Source: Flectonema sp. DT1601 (Eukaryota). Taken from it: a stretch of DNA of 64,000 bases. The notes beneath the pieces were generated by a model. The model did not search any database, was not told the origin of the DNA, and saw nothing but the letters and a program-made list of their open reading frames with translations. A program made the position numbers and the translations under genes. The stretch lies in assembly GCA_964019425.1 (NCBI GenBank), contig OZ025788.1, forward strand, positions 372,001-436,000, given 5' to 3'. Below are positions 1 through 12,220 of the stretch, piece after piece; position 1 is the first letter of the stretch, and each line of letters starts with the position of its first letter.

Positions 1-180
1 AGTGTTTTACGAGTAGCTGAACGTCAACAACAAGAGGCAACAAGAAAGAAAGAAACTGAAGAGAAAAAGTTTATTGAATGGAAGAAGAAGAGGTCCATAA
101 TGATAGAAGAAGACGAAGCTGTCCGACTACACGAAAGACTCAGTAGCATGCAGAGATTACCAGAACTTCCAGTTATGTGA
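1..180 (+). CDS. 3' end of a gene truncated by the window edge (charged, coiled-coil-like C-terminus)
   Basis: Frame 1 is open from base 1 to TGA 178-180: SVLRVAERQQQEATRKKETEEKKFIEWKKKRSIMIEEDEAVRLHERLSSMQRLPELPVM*. Confidence 0.7.
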   Translation, partial: SVLRVAERQQQEATRKKETEEKKFIEWKKKRSIMIEEDEAVRLHERLSSMQRLPELPVM

Positions 181-424
181 TGTTACTTCTGAGTTTATGA
201 TGATAACTACTATTTGTGACACTTTTCTAAGTGCTCAACATTGGAAAACTCTGAGCTGGTTTTGTTTCTATTTAATTATTTATTTCTTATGTGGGATTCC
301 CCCTCATCGATTCTATTCTTTTTTTTAAATTTTTTATTTTTTTATTTATTTTGTTAATAATTTGAATCAAAACATATTTATTTCAGTCGATTACACTACC
401 CCACTCCCGTTCTTTCTTTTTTTT

Positions 425-488
<64 letters not shown>

Positions 489-510
489 GATAAAAGGTTT
501 TATTCTAATT

Positions 511-550
511 GAGGAGACACGTTTCCAGCTCTGAAACTGTCATCAGCCTC
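511..550 (-). ncRNA. Minimal type I hammerhead ribozyme motif (stem I slightly imperfect)
   Basis: Reverse complement GAGG-CUGAUGA-CAGUU-UCAG-AGCUG-GAAAC-GU-GUC-U-CCUC has the complete core, a 5-bp stem II and a near-palindromic mini stem III. Confidence 0.6.
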
Positions 551-851
551 TTTCATGTTGACAACACACATCTGTGCTATTTACACTCACTTTTATATAT
601 ATATCGGAGTTGTACTTCTTGCCTTCGAACCCATTTACTGAATGTGTCTTAATTAGTGGTGACGTTTTCTTTTTTGAATATATTTTTTTATTTTCAAACG
701 TATACACCAAAAAAAAGAATCGGCAAACTTCACTTTTTTTTGCTTACTCACTCACTCTTCTTTTTTATATTTTTAAAATTTATATATTCTTTTGTAACAG
801 GGAGACGGCATCATAGAGAGCCGTCTTTTTAATAAAAAGAAGAAAAATAAA

Positions 852-2147
852 ATGCGGAGGAGTCCAACAGGAGGACGTAGTCCTTCCTCAGTAAGTAGTA
901 GTTGTGTTGACTTGGTGTCGTCGCCGCTGTCTGATGACGTCTTTTATCCGGCTTCTGACATGAGTTCTGTTGCTTTTGAGTATTCGCAAGAAACAACAGT
1001 TGAGAGTCTGCAGTCTGTCTCGTTAGTTAAACCTGTACGTTCATCAGCGACGATTGAATCACTTCTACCGCCTGTTCTGAGATGTCCGACTTGTAGTGAT
1101 GGTAGAACTCAAATTATGAAAATGGGAATCTACCTGATGACGTTATCACTTTCTATTGAGTCTCTTAGTATTGCTTTTTCTATTACTTCGACTCGAAATC
1201 GATTATCTGAGTCTGGTATTATAAAATCGAGTACCTGCTTACTACAAACATTATTATTGATATTATCATCGCTATTATTCTTACCATCGTCTGGTAGTAT
1301 TTTTAATAATATTCGTCCACACGTTTTAAGAAGAATTGTCAGCCTCACTCTCTTAGTTGTGATAACGAGATCAATGATTGAAATTGATTTGTTGGCAGGA
1401 GAATGGGAAACACCGATACTATCAAAGTTATCATCGACTTACTGTAATATGAGACTGGTATCTGAATTATCAGCGAAGTGCATGTGGCATTCTACTTGGG
1501 TAGTTTTTCAGTTAAAGGAAATAGTGGCTATTGTAGCGACGGCTGCAGCCCCTGTTCTTCTTGTTAAAATATCGTTACAACAGAATAGCATTCAACAAGT
1601 AACTTCACTTATCAAAGGAATAGCATTGGTATTGTTGCTGCTAACACTTTTCGAAAGTTTTGTATTGCCGTTGGCGACTCTTTATGGAGTTGTTCAAACT
1701 CGTGAGTTTCCTGACTATCCTGTTACGAAAATAAATCTTTTGATAGTTATTGTCGGAGCAGTATTCCAACTCTGTGGATTGGTACCCGTGTTGTTAACTA
1801 AAGTTTCCTTCACATCAATTGGTCTTCTTGTCAGTGGTGGTTTCATCTCCGCTGTCGGATTCCTACATCAGTTATCTCCAATAAGACACGGACCAGTTCT
1901 TCACGCTTCATCTACTTATCAGATTCTTATTGCAGAGGCAGCTTCTCGAGTACTTTATTTAACATTGTTTGCTGTCTCTATAGCCATGTGTTCCTGGAGT
2001 GTGTTGGTATGAATTGCTCTCATAGGGATCTCTTTATTCAATCAAGGTTAACTTTAATAATAAAAAAAAAACAATAAACACACACAGTCTATCCGGACCT
2101 GTTGTAAGCCACTCAATAACAACCAGTGTAGTGAGGTCCTCTTATGA
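852..2147 (+). CDS. Multi-pass membrane protein, unknown family; exons 852-2006 and 2088-2147
   Basis: 386-aa ORF with a Ser-rich N-terminus and several hydrophobic helices. GTATG donor at 2007 and ACACACAG acceptor at 2087 give the in-frame tail SIRTCCKPLNNNQCSEVLL*. Confidence 0.75.
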
Positions 2148-4040
2148 TGGCCTGATCTGATGCCTACCCAAACACGACTTAATACACACATGCTTATTGT
2201 ACACTAAGTAATTCCGATTCACACAAGGGCCTCTGTAATGTTTTTTTTTTTTTTTTTTTTTTAAATTATTTTGTTATTTCTCCGATGCATGCCTTTTAAG
2301 AATTTAAAAGTCATCTTATTTACGGTTCTTTATTTTTACTACTTCACTTAATGTGTGGAGATGACGTCATCCACTAGCTCAATTGCGATATGTCACTCGG
2401 GTGATGATCATAGTTTAGCAGCCAGAAACTCAAACTGACGGACGTGTTATGATTTCGACAAGGAACACATCCGTAGGGAGATTTCAGAAATTAATTTTGT
2501 TTGTTTTGTTAAATTTGTATTACTTTTGAACTTGTAAATTTTTTTTTTTTTTTTTATTAAAAGAACCTCGTGAACAGCAGGCCATAGCATCCTCAGCCAG
2601 CTTGTTCATTCTTGTTAAATGATCCCAACATAAGGATTGTGACAAGAAAAATTAAAAAATTAAATAACATTCTCCTAAGTCTAGTCATCCAGCTTTCGAT
2701 TAGTGAGGCGGTTTTAGGAATGGTTTGGGATTGTTCTTCCCAAGTAAAGAGAAGAAAAAAAAAAAAAAAAAAACTGTTGTCGCTTTGTCACTTCCGATCT
2801 CTACGATGATGTTAAATGAGTGTATCACTTAGCTAGTGTAGAACCTTCAGTCACTGCATGACTGTTATGAAGTCAGTGAGCGTCTTTTTCTTCAGAAAAA
2901 AAAAGAAAAGGGATTTTCCCTTTAATTTTGATCAACATTTTGACGCGTCACCGAAGTTTTATAATATTCTGTTAGTCGCTCGTTCACACTTTGTCTTTTT
3001 TTTGAGATTTTTCTCACCATTTTGGAAAAAAATATAAAATGGCTGTTGAGTTGTCCAGATCTTGTTGAGAAGGACAACAATATCTGTTTTAATTACATAA
3101 ATAAAATATTCCCCTCAAGGAGGTCCAAAGAGTACAACACTCATCTTTTTAATTCTTGCATTTTATTTTTTAACTACGACTGTAGTGCGATTCGCTCCCC
3201 GCTCTCCTTTTTCTTCTCCTCATGTAGTAAATCCTTTTTTTTGTTTGATTGGCAACAATCAAACGAAACTTATGTTAATTTTAGTTTCTTTTTATGTTTA
3301 TGGGGTGAGGTTTCCTTTTTAACATCCCCATCTTCTTTTTTGTGTAGAGACTGAATTTAGACTCAGCAGTAGCTTCCTGTCGTTGTGGGGGAAGAATCTT
3401 ATTTTTGTTTGCGAATCGATACGGCTGAAATTATACATCATAACAAAATGATAAATTCAGGATTCATTTTATGAATAAAATAATGATATTAACGATTACG
3501 TAACGTACTTCTTCTCACCTGTGAGGTAGTCTCATGGGTGTGGTACTGAATTACTGTTACTCCCCGAGCTATTGACTTCCCTGACTTCAAAAAGATAAAT
3601 TTTTTTTTTTTCCACTCCTAGTTCCTCATTTACCACACGCGAAATCCTGATGAGAAGTTTCCACTGTCGCATGTTTTCTTTTCTTTTTTTTTTTTTTTTT
3701 TTTTTTGCACCGACGAAGAAGAAGCTATTCAGATTAAGAACCTTTTATTTATTATGTCAAATATTATCCATGTTCCCTGTGCGTTCAGTTTTACTTGTCT
3801 GCGTCAACAAAATATAAGGCTTTCTCTGAAATAGTTTGGATTTCGATTCATACTCGTAATTAGCTTGGTGGGTCTGGAGCTGTTTAGACCTAACCAATCA
3901 TCGTTCCTTACAGATTGGTGCAGTTATTCTTGTTTTCTAATTGTTGTGGTTCTTTCTTACAGATGACAACTACTTAAGACTGATTAGGAGAATCTTGTGG
4001 TTAATCGATACAGCTAATTTTGATACTAACTAGCAAAAAT

Positions 4041-4190
4041 TATATTTTTCGCCCCGAAACCTAACCATTATTTTGTTTTGTCCTACGAACTTTTACATTT
4101 GATTATTTTGATTGACTGATAATTATTAATACAAACTGGCTGAAATAGTTTTCCACGATGTTAATACGGAATAGCAGAACAATTAATGTT
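4041..4190 (+). repeat. Decayed 3' part of ribozyme repeat family 1 joined to a 3' fragment of family 2
   Basis: CCCGAAACCTAACCATTATTTTGTTTTGTCCTACGAAC...GACTGATAATTATTAATAC matches 50420-50518. The following GGAATAGCAGAACAATT matches the family 2 tail (5037-5053, 56247-56263). Confidence 0.75.
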
Positions 4191-4940
4191 TTCACTGTCT
4201 TATTTTTCTCAACTGCACCTTTTTTAATAATCTCATAATACTAACTACCCGAAATAATGAATCAACGATTCATATAAAGGAACGGTATTAACGATTACAT
4301 GAAATTATTTTTGTGAATCCCCCACCTCATTGCCATCTACTTTTCTTAATCGCTTCGGTTATACGAAATCCCGATGAGAAATAAAATTCCCACCGTCATC
4401 TGTTTCGCACCATTAATTCTTTTTCCTTTGCATTTAACAGTTGTAAAAACGAAAAAGAATCAGCACCTATGAACCTTCTTTAGCTTTATCAGTTTAAGTC
4501 GTTTCGTGCACGAACAAGTTTCAGATTTTGACAGATACGTGTAATTAACGTTGGTATTCGGAGCCTACCTCCTTTTAATTCTGTTGTCCTCACAAATTAA
4601 TAGTCCTGTTGTCACAAAAAGCTTTTTGCTTCTTCTTGAAGCCTTCGGTGACCTTTTTTTCGATATTAATGCTTGGACACTTAGGGTGGTCATGTTCTGG
4701 GTTTTTTATTTTCATTTGTGTTATGGCGGCTTTTTGATACACGTAATTATTTCGTAAAGAACGGTTTTTCGAAATGGAATAGAAAAAAGTGTTTTTACTT
4801 AATTACTCTTTATCTCCGCTCCTCTCCTGATCATTTCTTTTTTTGATTTCGACCTATTAATAGCGAAACTATAAAAAACACAATCTCCGTGATTGGGGTC
4901 CTCTACTGGTGCGGGTCTAGACTTACGAACTAGTCAAGCC

Positions 4941-5053
4941 AATGAAGTCCCTTAGAACTTACTAAAGAAGTCATTAAAAGGGACAAGTATTATAAGACTA
5001 AGGCTCCTGAAACTACATATTCCACAAGTGTCAAATAGAATAGCAGAACAATT
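4941..5053 (+). repeat. Decayed copy of family 2 permuted hammerhead repeat
   Basis: Aligns to 53987-54067. The core is mutated (CTAAAGA for CTGATGA, GTATTA for GTAGTA), while GTCCCTT/AAGGGAC and GAAACTAC are retained. Confidence 0.85.
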
Positions 5054-5325
5054 TTTTTTTATTCTTTCAAAAACTTTTTTATTATTATTAATATCTTGAT
5101 TCAATACGCTAACTAAGCCCCATTATCGTCCTTATTCAGCCTACAATAACTTGGCTTAATTAATCTCCCTAAAGATATTTCTGAAGGGGAACAGTACTTC
5201 TATCCGCTGCCAACAGTAGCTATCTTAGTGATAAGTTACGGTTTAAAATATGCGGCAACTTTACCTGATTTCTAGTACCTCAAGAAAAAAAGAAAAAAAA
5301 TAACATGAATAATAATAATAATATA

Positions 5326-5416
5326 GGCTTTGCTGAGAGGGGCATACGCCGTGAGAAGGACAGGCCTGTCCCCCTTACTTTCTTTGCTGCTGAAGAAGGG
5401 CTGGATGTGGTCCGAT
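5326..5416 (+). repeat. Decayed, internally deleted copy of family 1 repeat
   Basis: GGACAGGCCTGTCCCCCTTACTTTCTT...GCTGAAGAAGGGCTGG...TGGTCCGA matches 50326-50398. Confidence 0.8.
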
Positions 5417-6054
5417 TTGATTGTTTTTTTTTTCTTTTCCTTTGTGATAACTCCCCGCTAATAAAGCTAAAAAAAAAAAATACCACATCTGTGGTAAGTT
5501 CCAATTTCAAAACATGCCTCGCTTTTCTGGTACCTCTTTCTTGAATAGAAAAGAAAAACAAAACCAACGAGTGAACCGGAGTCAAGTTATTACATAATTT
5601 GACAGTTTTTTTTTTTTTGTTGAACTACCGCTCTTTTTTTTTTTTTGGGTAAGTTGAAATATTATTATGGTGAAGTAGGTCACGTTTATAACCAACAGCT
5701 GAAACTAATTTATACATACCACGTCCCGAGTCTTCGGAAATAGCTACGGATTTCCAAACCATTGACCGAACCATTAATTTATTAACAATATAAGTAATCG
5801 ACCCACTCTCTGATGTATTTCATTATGACTCCTGGTTTTGGTTTCTTCACAACTATTTAAGTAATTGAATAACTCTATATCGTCACCTGCACTGAATGGT
5901 AACACAGAAGAGATATCTCAAACCTAAGAGTGTTTGATGTCGTTTGTTGACTTCTACTTATAAACTAATACTGATAGTTTGAATACTGTTGAGCATGAAT
6001 GGAAACTTGTTTTTTATTATTCATCTCCCGTAGACATACCTCAGTACCACTTAT

Positions 6055-6220
6055 TAGTTGGTATCCCTCGTTCACTGATGGTAAAAGAAATAACCTTTGC
6101 TGAGGAGGGCTGGGTTAGGGGAATGGTCCGAAGAAAAACTTCTTAAGTTTATCCCATCAGTTGTTTGTTGTCCTGCGAATTTTTGATTTTAATAATTGAA
6201 ATGACTAATTAATATTAATA
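6055..6220 (+). repeat. Decayed copy of family 1 repeat
   Basis: GTATCCCTCGTTCACTGAT...GCTGAGGAGGGCTGGGTTAGGGGAATGGTCCGAAGAAAA...TTGTTGTCCTGCGAA matches 50220-50456. The AGCCCGAAAC strand is lost. Confidence 0.8.
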
Positions 6221-7432
6221 CTGACTTAATTGTTTGAAGCTGTTTAATTTTTTTTTTACCTACCCAATGTTGGTGTTATCCGTCTACTCATATTAAGCAT
6301 TACTCAACTAACTAATCCTCAAATGGGTATTGATGCAGATGAGAAATCCAAGTCAGATCACTCAAAAGGAGAAAAGCAATTTAGTTCTTACATTTCGGAA
6401 CTAAGACGACTTTTGATGTTCCTCAAATAATGAGAACACGGAAATCATATTTCCCCCCCCCCCCCCCCCTCTTTATTTCTTGTTCTCTTTTATAATCATT
6501 TGGTAGTATTGAGCGGTGAGTACTGTTTTCGTTTGTTGAGAGGTCGATTTTCTATCGATTTTTCACAATGTTTTAGTTAAATAGGAAATTCCCGTGAGAA
6601 TTCTCGATTAAGTTCTCAATTATGGGAAGCTAAGTGGTAAAATAACCTTCTAAAAAACCAATTAACCACAGAAGGGAACAAACAGCACTCTTGTGTTACT
6701 ACTTTCATACAAACTAACATACGTGTGGTTTTTAATTAAATAATTAATAACGTATATAAGTAATTTTGAAGACCAAAACCCTTTTTTTTTTTTTTTTTAA
6801 AATGACCTTTTCTTGCTTTGTTATTCGTTGCCTGTGTTGTCATATTGTTCAGTTTTTTTTTTATATTTATAACAGGTGGCGACTGCGAAAAAGCAAAAAC
6901 GTTTTGTGTGTGTTCGTAAAGGGTTTTTCTGATTTCCGACTAGCAGCGCCAAACCCTATGCAAGTGATTCTTTAACCCCATTATACTTCACCCCCTCAGA
7001 AATTACCGAACAAGATGAAAGGCTCAATTATATTTTTATTTACTGACTATGGTGCTGTTAGTGATTGACAAAAGAGAAAATGTGAACATCTGTTTTAATA
7101 TTTCCGATTAGCGAAAATAGGTGATGATATTGTTATTATACTGCACTTATACAGGACACTCGGAACAAGTGGAATTGCGTTTTTTTTAAGTTTATTTTCT
7201 GTTATATTAATAACAGCGTGAAGGGTTCACATTTAGTATACTTTAAGTAATGTTACGTCTGTTGGGAAATGGTAGTTGATTGATCTTTATAGGTATAATG
7301 TGATTGTCAATACCTTTCTTATTTATGTTTCATCACTGGATTTATCAAGATTTAAGAACGTGACGTCGATTATTTTTATGATTACTTTCTGTAATTCATA
7401 ACTCAATTCTTAAAGCAGTGGGGACAGCTGAA

Positions 7433-9385
7433 ATGCAGCGACCACTCTGCGACTACCCGATTGGTGTTGTAGCACTTGGGTGGTGTGTACTTCATGTTGC
7501 GAAGAGGGGGCTGACACCATTCGAATCCGCAACTTCGATAGTACAACGAGGAGGATGTACAGATGACGAGGACAGTAGTTTATTACTTGCAGAGTATTAT
7601 GTCGACGAGAAGTCTTCACCAGCTGAGCGAGCAGCTTATCATCAAAAGTGGTGCGAAGACAATAAACTTTCTGAGAAAGAAGAAGAAGTTCGACGATACC
7701 TTCATTCTCTGTTGTCAGAAGAAACCATCACAGACATTCACCATCAAGACACTGCCATAATGAATAAACTCTTGCAGATAATGAAAACATTTGAAATTGA
7801 CACTCCCGACTCTGAGGCTTCCCAACTCCTATCAGAATGGTGTTTAAGTGATGATGTGATCTCTTCAACTGTTGGGAAGTTAGATATTCTCCAACAAGAG
7901 AGTGATGATAAACTTATTTATAAGACGTATGATCTCCTTGGTACCGCCCTCCACACTTCTTCCGGAGATCTAATTCGCAACTGTACGAAGTCTTTGAGAG
8001 GTGTCGATCCTCTCGTGTTTCTATTTACACGTCGTGGGTTTTCAGACTGGGCTCGTCCGCTGATTTCAACAACAGTTTTCGATCCAGCCAACACTCTGTG
8101 TAGAGTAACTTACACATCGACTGATGATGTGATTCTGTCTCCGAATCGCTCTCTTTCATTTGCGATGACTCTGTTTTCAGGAATTCTTAATGATCCAACT
8201 GCTTGTCCACTTTATCTGGCATTTGAGAACGAGCTTCCGGCTCACCTGATGAAAGTTGAAATTAATGATACGAATTGTTCAGTAATGTACATCCCTGACA
8301 GTGAAGAACTATTGGGTTCAAGTACAGCCTCACGTTTAGCGATGTCATTAGTTGGTGTTGGTGAAATGTACCACCCGAGATCTAAAGTATGCAGGTACTC
8401 AGATCGTGTTGTTGGATATTTTGGAAGAACAACACCAGCAACTCTACCAAAGGATTTACTGCTGTCTGAGAGTAGAGAAATATCAATCGCCGAGTCCTCG
8501 ACACTAACTCTAATTCATCCATTCGTATCGAGTGATGCAACGAAGAGTTCAGAGAGAGATTCCATCAATGATCAACTGAAGCACTTTTACAATTTAATCG
8601 AAGAAAACATTAAAGAGCTTCCAGCTACTGAACGTGACGTAATACGATTGGTACTGCTGCCTTCCTCAATGCGTTTCAATGGAACGAAAGATGTTTTAGA
8701 AACTACCGTTTCAACTTATAATGTAAACGGCTCACCTGCAATGAGCGATCTGATGGAGTTATTGACACTCAGTGATGTCACCGTCCTGACAGAAGTTCAT
8801 AGAGGATCTTTATCTTTGTTGCCGAGATCTTTTTTTTCTGAATTTCGTGGATCCCCTGACTACGGAATCGCTGTAGTGGTGTCAGATATTTATTCTACTT
8901 TTGTTGGATCTATTTTAGTTGGAAAAGACAGGTCAGCAATTTGTGTAAAGAGAATGGACTTATTTATTGTTGGTGTTCACTTAAATAATTCATCGGAGTC
9001 TATTCGTCTTTCTGAATTAAAACAAATATTAAATTGGATTGAAAATGATCTTTCCATCGACAAGTTTCGCCATCTAATCGTTGGGGATTTTAATTCTCTC
9101 GTTCGGTCTGATTATTCTTCTGAACAATTAATACGAATATCAAAACAGAGAAGTAGTTCTTGTTGGGAAAATATATCTTTTGATGTTTCTGACTTTCTTA
9201 TTTCAAAAGATTACGATTACATTTCTTCTAACGGAGTTCCAACTAGTAGACGACACACTGCCATAGATCACATCTGGGGGAAGCATCATTCGGCCTCTTG
9301 TAGTAGTTCTGTTCATCCATTTACTTTGTCAGATCATCGTCCTGTTAGTTGTTCCTTTAGGAAGATGGATCTCAACGGAGAGTGA
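7433..9385 (+). CDS. Protein with a C-terminal endonuclease/exonuclease/phosphatase (EEP) domain
   Basis: Motifs TYNV, LTEV, GVHL, IVGDFNS, IDHIW and SDHRPV occur in canonical EEP order. First ATG is at 7433, after an AG at 7417-7418. Confidence 0.85.
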   Translation: MQRPLCDYPIGVVALGWCVLHVAKRGLTPFESATSIVQRGGCTDDEDSSLLLAEYYVDEKSSPAERAAYHQKWCEDNKLSEKEEEVRRYLHSLLSEETITDIHHQDTAIMNKLLQIMKTFEIDTPDSEASQLLSEWCLSDDVISSTVGKLDILQQESDDKLIYKTYDLLGTALHTSSGDLIRNCTKSLRGVDPLVFLFTRRGFSDWARPLISTTVFDPANTLCRVTYTSTDDVILSPNRSLSFAMTLFSGILNDPTACPLYLAFENELPAHLMKVEINDTNCSVMYIPDSEELLGSSTASRLAMSLVGVGEMYHPRSKVCRYSDRVVGYFGRTTPATLPKDLLLSESREISIAESSTLTLIHPFVSSDATKSSERDSINDQLKHFYNLIEENIKELPATERDVIRLVLLPSSMRFNGTKDVLETTVSTYNVNGSPAMSDLMELLTLSDVTVLTEVHRGSLSLLPRSFFSEFRGSPDYGIAVVVSDIYSTFVGSILVGKDRSAICVKRMDLFIVGVHLNNSSESIRLSELKQILNWIENDLSIDKFRHLIVGDFNSLVRSDYSSEQLIRISKQRSSSCWENISFDVSDFLISKDYDYISSNGVPTSRRHTAIDHIWGKHHSASCSSSVHPFTLSDHRPVSCSFRKMDLNGE

Positions 9386-9541
9386 GAGTTGGAAATGATA
9401 TTTAATATTTGTATTTCTCATTTCACAAGTTGTCTCGACAGGAATCAATTTAGCGAATGCGATTCCATCTCTGAAATATTTAGTGATCCGTACTACTTGT
9501 CATTCATAAGTTAATTATTATTTTCTTTTACCAGGAGGAAG

Positions 9542-12220
9542 ATGCCGATCACAACCCGGCAACAATTAAGAAAGGGACCTACTTATCGTCAAGATGGTAG
9601 GAAACAATTAGATGACAGCATCGACTCAGGTTGTAGTCTTCCGTATGGTTATGAAGACGAAGATGATCGCACCATAGTTATTGAAAATGGAGGAGGTGTG
9701 GCGTACAGAAAAGGTACACAACAAGACGAGACAATGACCGACGATTTACATCTTTCAATTGAAGAAGTGACAGCGACTGGTGACAAGTCTCAATTTACGG
9801 TGATTGGAACTTCTTTTTTAGATCGACCTTGGCAGCCTCCAATGGACACGACAACGGAATCAGGAGAGTCACTTGTTGGAAACGATGAAGTAATTGGATG
9901 TGGAATTAATAACAACGACATCAGTTCAAACGGCATCACCAGAAGTAGAAGTCATCTCGCCAACAGCGCCAATCGTACTCAAGATACTCACTTGTCAATA
10001 GACCGCAATCCTCATCAAAACGACAGACCTGGGAGGACTCGAACACGAGGAAATCCTGAAGAACCTATCGTATCGCAGTCACCAGCTGGAAAGTTGCCAA
10101 CTTGCTCTGCTTGTAAGAAATCTATTTTGGGAAAGTATTACGAAAAAGATGGGCTGGCCGTACACGTCGAGTGCTTTCGGGACTTTCTAAAAGATTCGAA
10201 AAAGTCTCAAAACAGTACAATTAGAAGTTCTTCAAAGAGATCTCGTAGTGGAGGAAGGAAAAGTCCTCATCCGAGAAGAGCTCCTCCAGTACCAGTAAAG
10301 AGAGATCCAATACTACAAAGTAATGAAGTGGTTGGTAGTAAAAGAGGTAGTTTCTCACCTGATGTCAGAGACAGAGGTCCAAGTTCTGGAAGTGTTGATG
10401 CGCCATATCGAAATGCTGCTCCTTCAATGGGTCCTTACTTACCAAGAGATAGTGATGGAAGTGGATCGTGGCTTGCACATCCATCTTCATTAGAACCTTA
10501 TCAAAATAGATCTGATGGTCAGCTTCCAAAACCTCTCTCTCCACCTAATAATGTACCGACAAATGTCCCTTCGACTACTGTTAATAATCTCCGTAGTGTT
10601 AGTGGCAGCAGCAACAACAACATTAACAGTACCCGTACCGCCACCAACAATAACACTGCCAATGGTAATACCAGAGCTATAAATCAAAATATCAGTTTGA
10701 CTCTATCCCCTGAAGGGAAGACAACTCGGGGACAGGATGCTGACGAGCTCCTCATCGGAAATATTTCACCAATAAAAGAATTAGAGGAAGCAGCAGTGAT
10801 GAATACAAATAAAGAAACCACACAGTCACCACACCAAAACCAACATGTGAGAACATCTGCATTAGAACAACCAAATCCTTATGATATGAGTGATATGTAT
10901 CCTCAACAACCTGATCTTATGGAAGGACCTGTTGTGGAACAGAAAGAAGAGCCAGCTGATGAGATGTCCGCCTGTTCGTTTACATCTTCAATTTCAGAAT
11001 CACCGTATGGCGGAGAGAACTTACCTCGAGTATCAGAAGGGACACCAATTCAACAACGTGTTATGTATAACAGTAACACAAATCGTTCTACTCCTCCATC
11101 AAAAGCTTTGAGTACTAAACTTGAATCACCTGCGACACCAACACCTGGATCAGAACATTCGATGGGAGGATCACTTTTATTTGATGACATTCGTAATTCT
11201 GGTGCTAAAGCTCCAGTTGATGTACTTCTTAGTGGAGGTAGTCCAGGGTCTGCTTGGGTTCCTATTGAGAGATCAAGTAATCCACCAGTTGAGAATGCAC
11301 CTCTTGAGATATCAATGGTTAGTCAAGGAGTTGTAACAGACTCTCCTCCTCGTAATATTAAAACTCGTTACAGAGCATCAGTTGCTGGAAGCTTTACTGA
11401 AGAGATTGAAAGAGTTCCAACACCACGCGATGTGATTGTCACCAGAAGTGGATCTGCAAGAAGATCAGTTCCAAAGTCACTGTCACCTCCTCTTATTCCT
11501 CAACATCAACCCAACATGGCTGCACTTCTTCTAGAAAAGACTCCTCCAGTGAAACCAAAGAAACAACCTACTGCTGTCCCTGTGGAAGTCGTACCAAAGA
11601 AACAGCCTGTCCCTGCTCCTGCGGAAGTTGCACCAAAGAAGAAACCAACAGTTGCTAAAAAAACAGCAAACCAAACAAACAAGATCTCAACTAACGAAGC
11701 GATACTTGGGGCGGAGATTGCAAAGTATCGATTGATGGCTGAGACAGCATCTCTAAGAGAAGATGAAATGCAGGGCAGACTTAATATTATTTCAGAACAG
11801 ATGGAACAGACTCCAGACTGGATGAATGAGACGTCACGTATTCTAAAAGAATTAATATCAGCAAAGGTTGAACTCGCTACTTTAAAAACAAACACGAATC
11901 CACTCTCTGCAATACGACTTATAGCTTCGGATCAATTGACCCATCCTGTTCCACCTCCGGCAATTGCGAAACCAAAAGCGGGTTGGTCTCCACCAACAGC
12001 AAAGTCATCGCCGGGAGGGAAGTCACCTCCTTTTGTAAAATCTCCAACTGGATATAAATGTGCTCCGGACACACCACAGAAATCAGTTCCTGGACCAAAC
12101 CTTCCTATGAACTCACTCACAGTGAATAATGAAGGAGTTGGTCTTCATATTAATGGAACTAAACAAACAAAAAAAGGAAACAGTTGGAAAAACATGGTGT
12201 CTCGAAAGAAACAAACATAG
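9542..12220 (+). CDS. Large disordered Pro/Ser-rich protein with a LIM-like zinc finger and a C-terminal coiled segment
   Basis: 892-aa ORF. CSACKKSILGKYYEKDGLAVHVECF resembles the first finger of a LIM domain. T-rich tract plus CAG lies just upstream. Confidence 0.85.
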   Translation: MPITTRQQLRKGPTYRQDGRKQLDDSIDSGCSLPYGYEDEDDRTIVIENGGGVAYRKGTQQDETMTDDLHLSIEEVTATGDKSQFTVIGTSFLDRPWQPPMDTTTESGESLVGNDEVIGCGINNNDISSNGITRSRSHLANSANRTQDTHLSIDRNPHQNDRPGRTRTRGNPEEPIVSQSPAGKLPTCSACKKSILGKYYEKDGLAVHVECFRDFLKDSKKSQNSTIRSSSKRSRSGGRKSPHPRRAPPVPVKRDPILQSNEVVGSKRGSFSPDVRDRGPSSGSVDAPYRNAAPSMGPYLPRDSDGSGSWLAHPSSLEPYQNRSDGQLPKPLSPPNNVPTNVPSTTVNNLRSVSGSSNNNINSTRTATNNNTANGNTRAINQNISLTLSPEGKTTRGQDADELLIGNISPIKELEEAAVMNTNKETTQSPHQNQHVRTSALEQPNPYDMSDMYPQQPDLMEGPVVEQKEEPADEMSACSFTSSISESPYGGENLPRVSEGTPIQQRVMYNSNTNRSTPPSKALSTKLESPATPTPGSEHSMGGSLLFDDIRNSGAKAPVDVLLSGGSPGSAWVPIERSSNPPVENAPLEISMVSQGVVTDSPPRNIKTRYRASVAGSFTEEIERVPTPRDVIVTRSGSARRSVPKSLSPPLIPQHQPNMAALLLEKTPPVKPKKQPTAVPVEVVPKKQPVPAPAEVAPKKKPTVAKKTANQTNKISTNEAILGAEIAKYRLMAETASLREDEMQGRLNIISEQMEQTPDWMNETSRILKELISAKVELATLKTNTNPLSAIRLIASDQLTHPVPPPAIAKPKAGWSPPTAKSSPGGKSPPFVKSPTGYKCAPDTPQKSVPGPNLPMNSLTVNNEGVGLHINGTKQTKKGNSWKNMVSRKKQT

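Noticed and set aside
3620..3675. Hammerhead from CGAAAT-CCTGATGAG (related sequence at 4361-4400)
   Set aside because: Could not build stems I and III around the core in any strand order
7433..9385. EEP protein as the endonuclease of a LINE that mobilises the ribozyme repeats
   Set aside because: The EEP domain is C-terminal with no RT domain following, and the gene looks like an ordinary single-copy cellular gene
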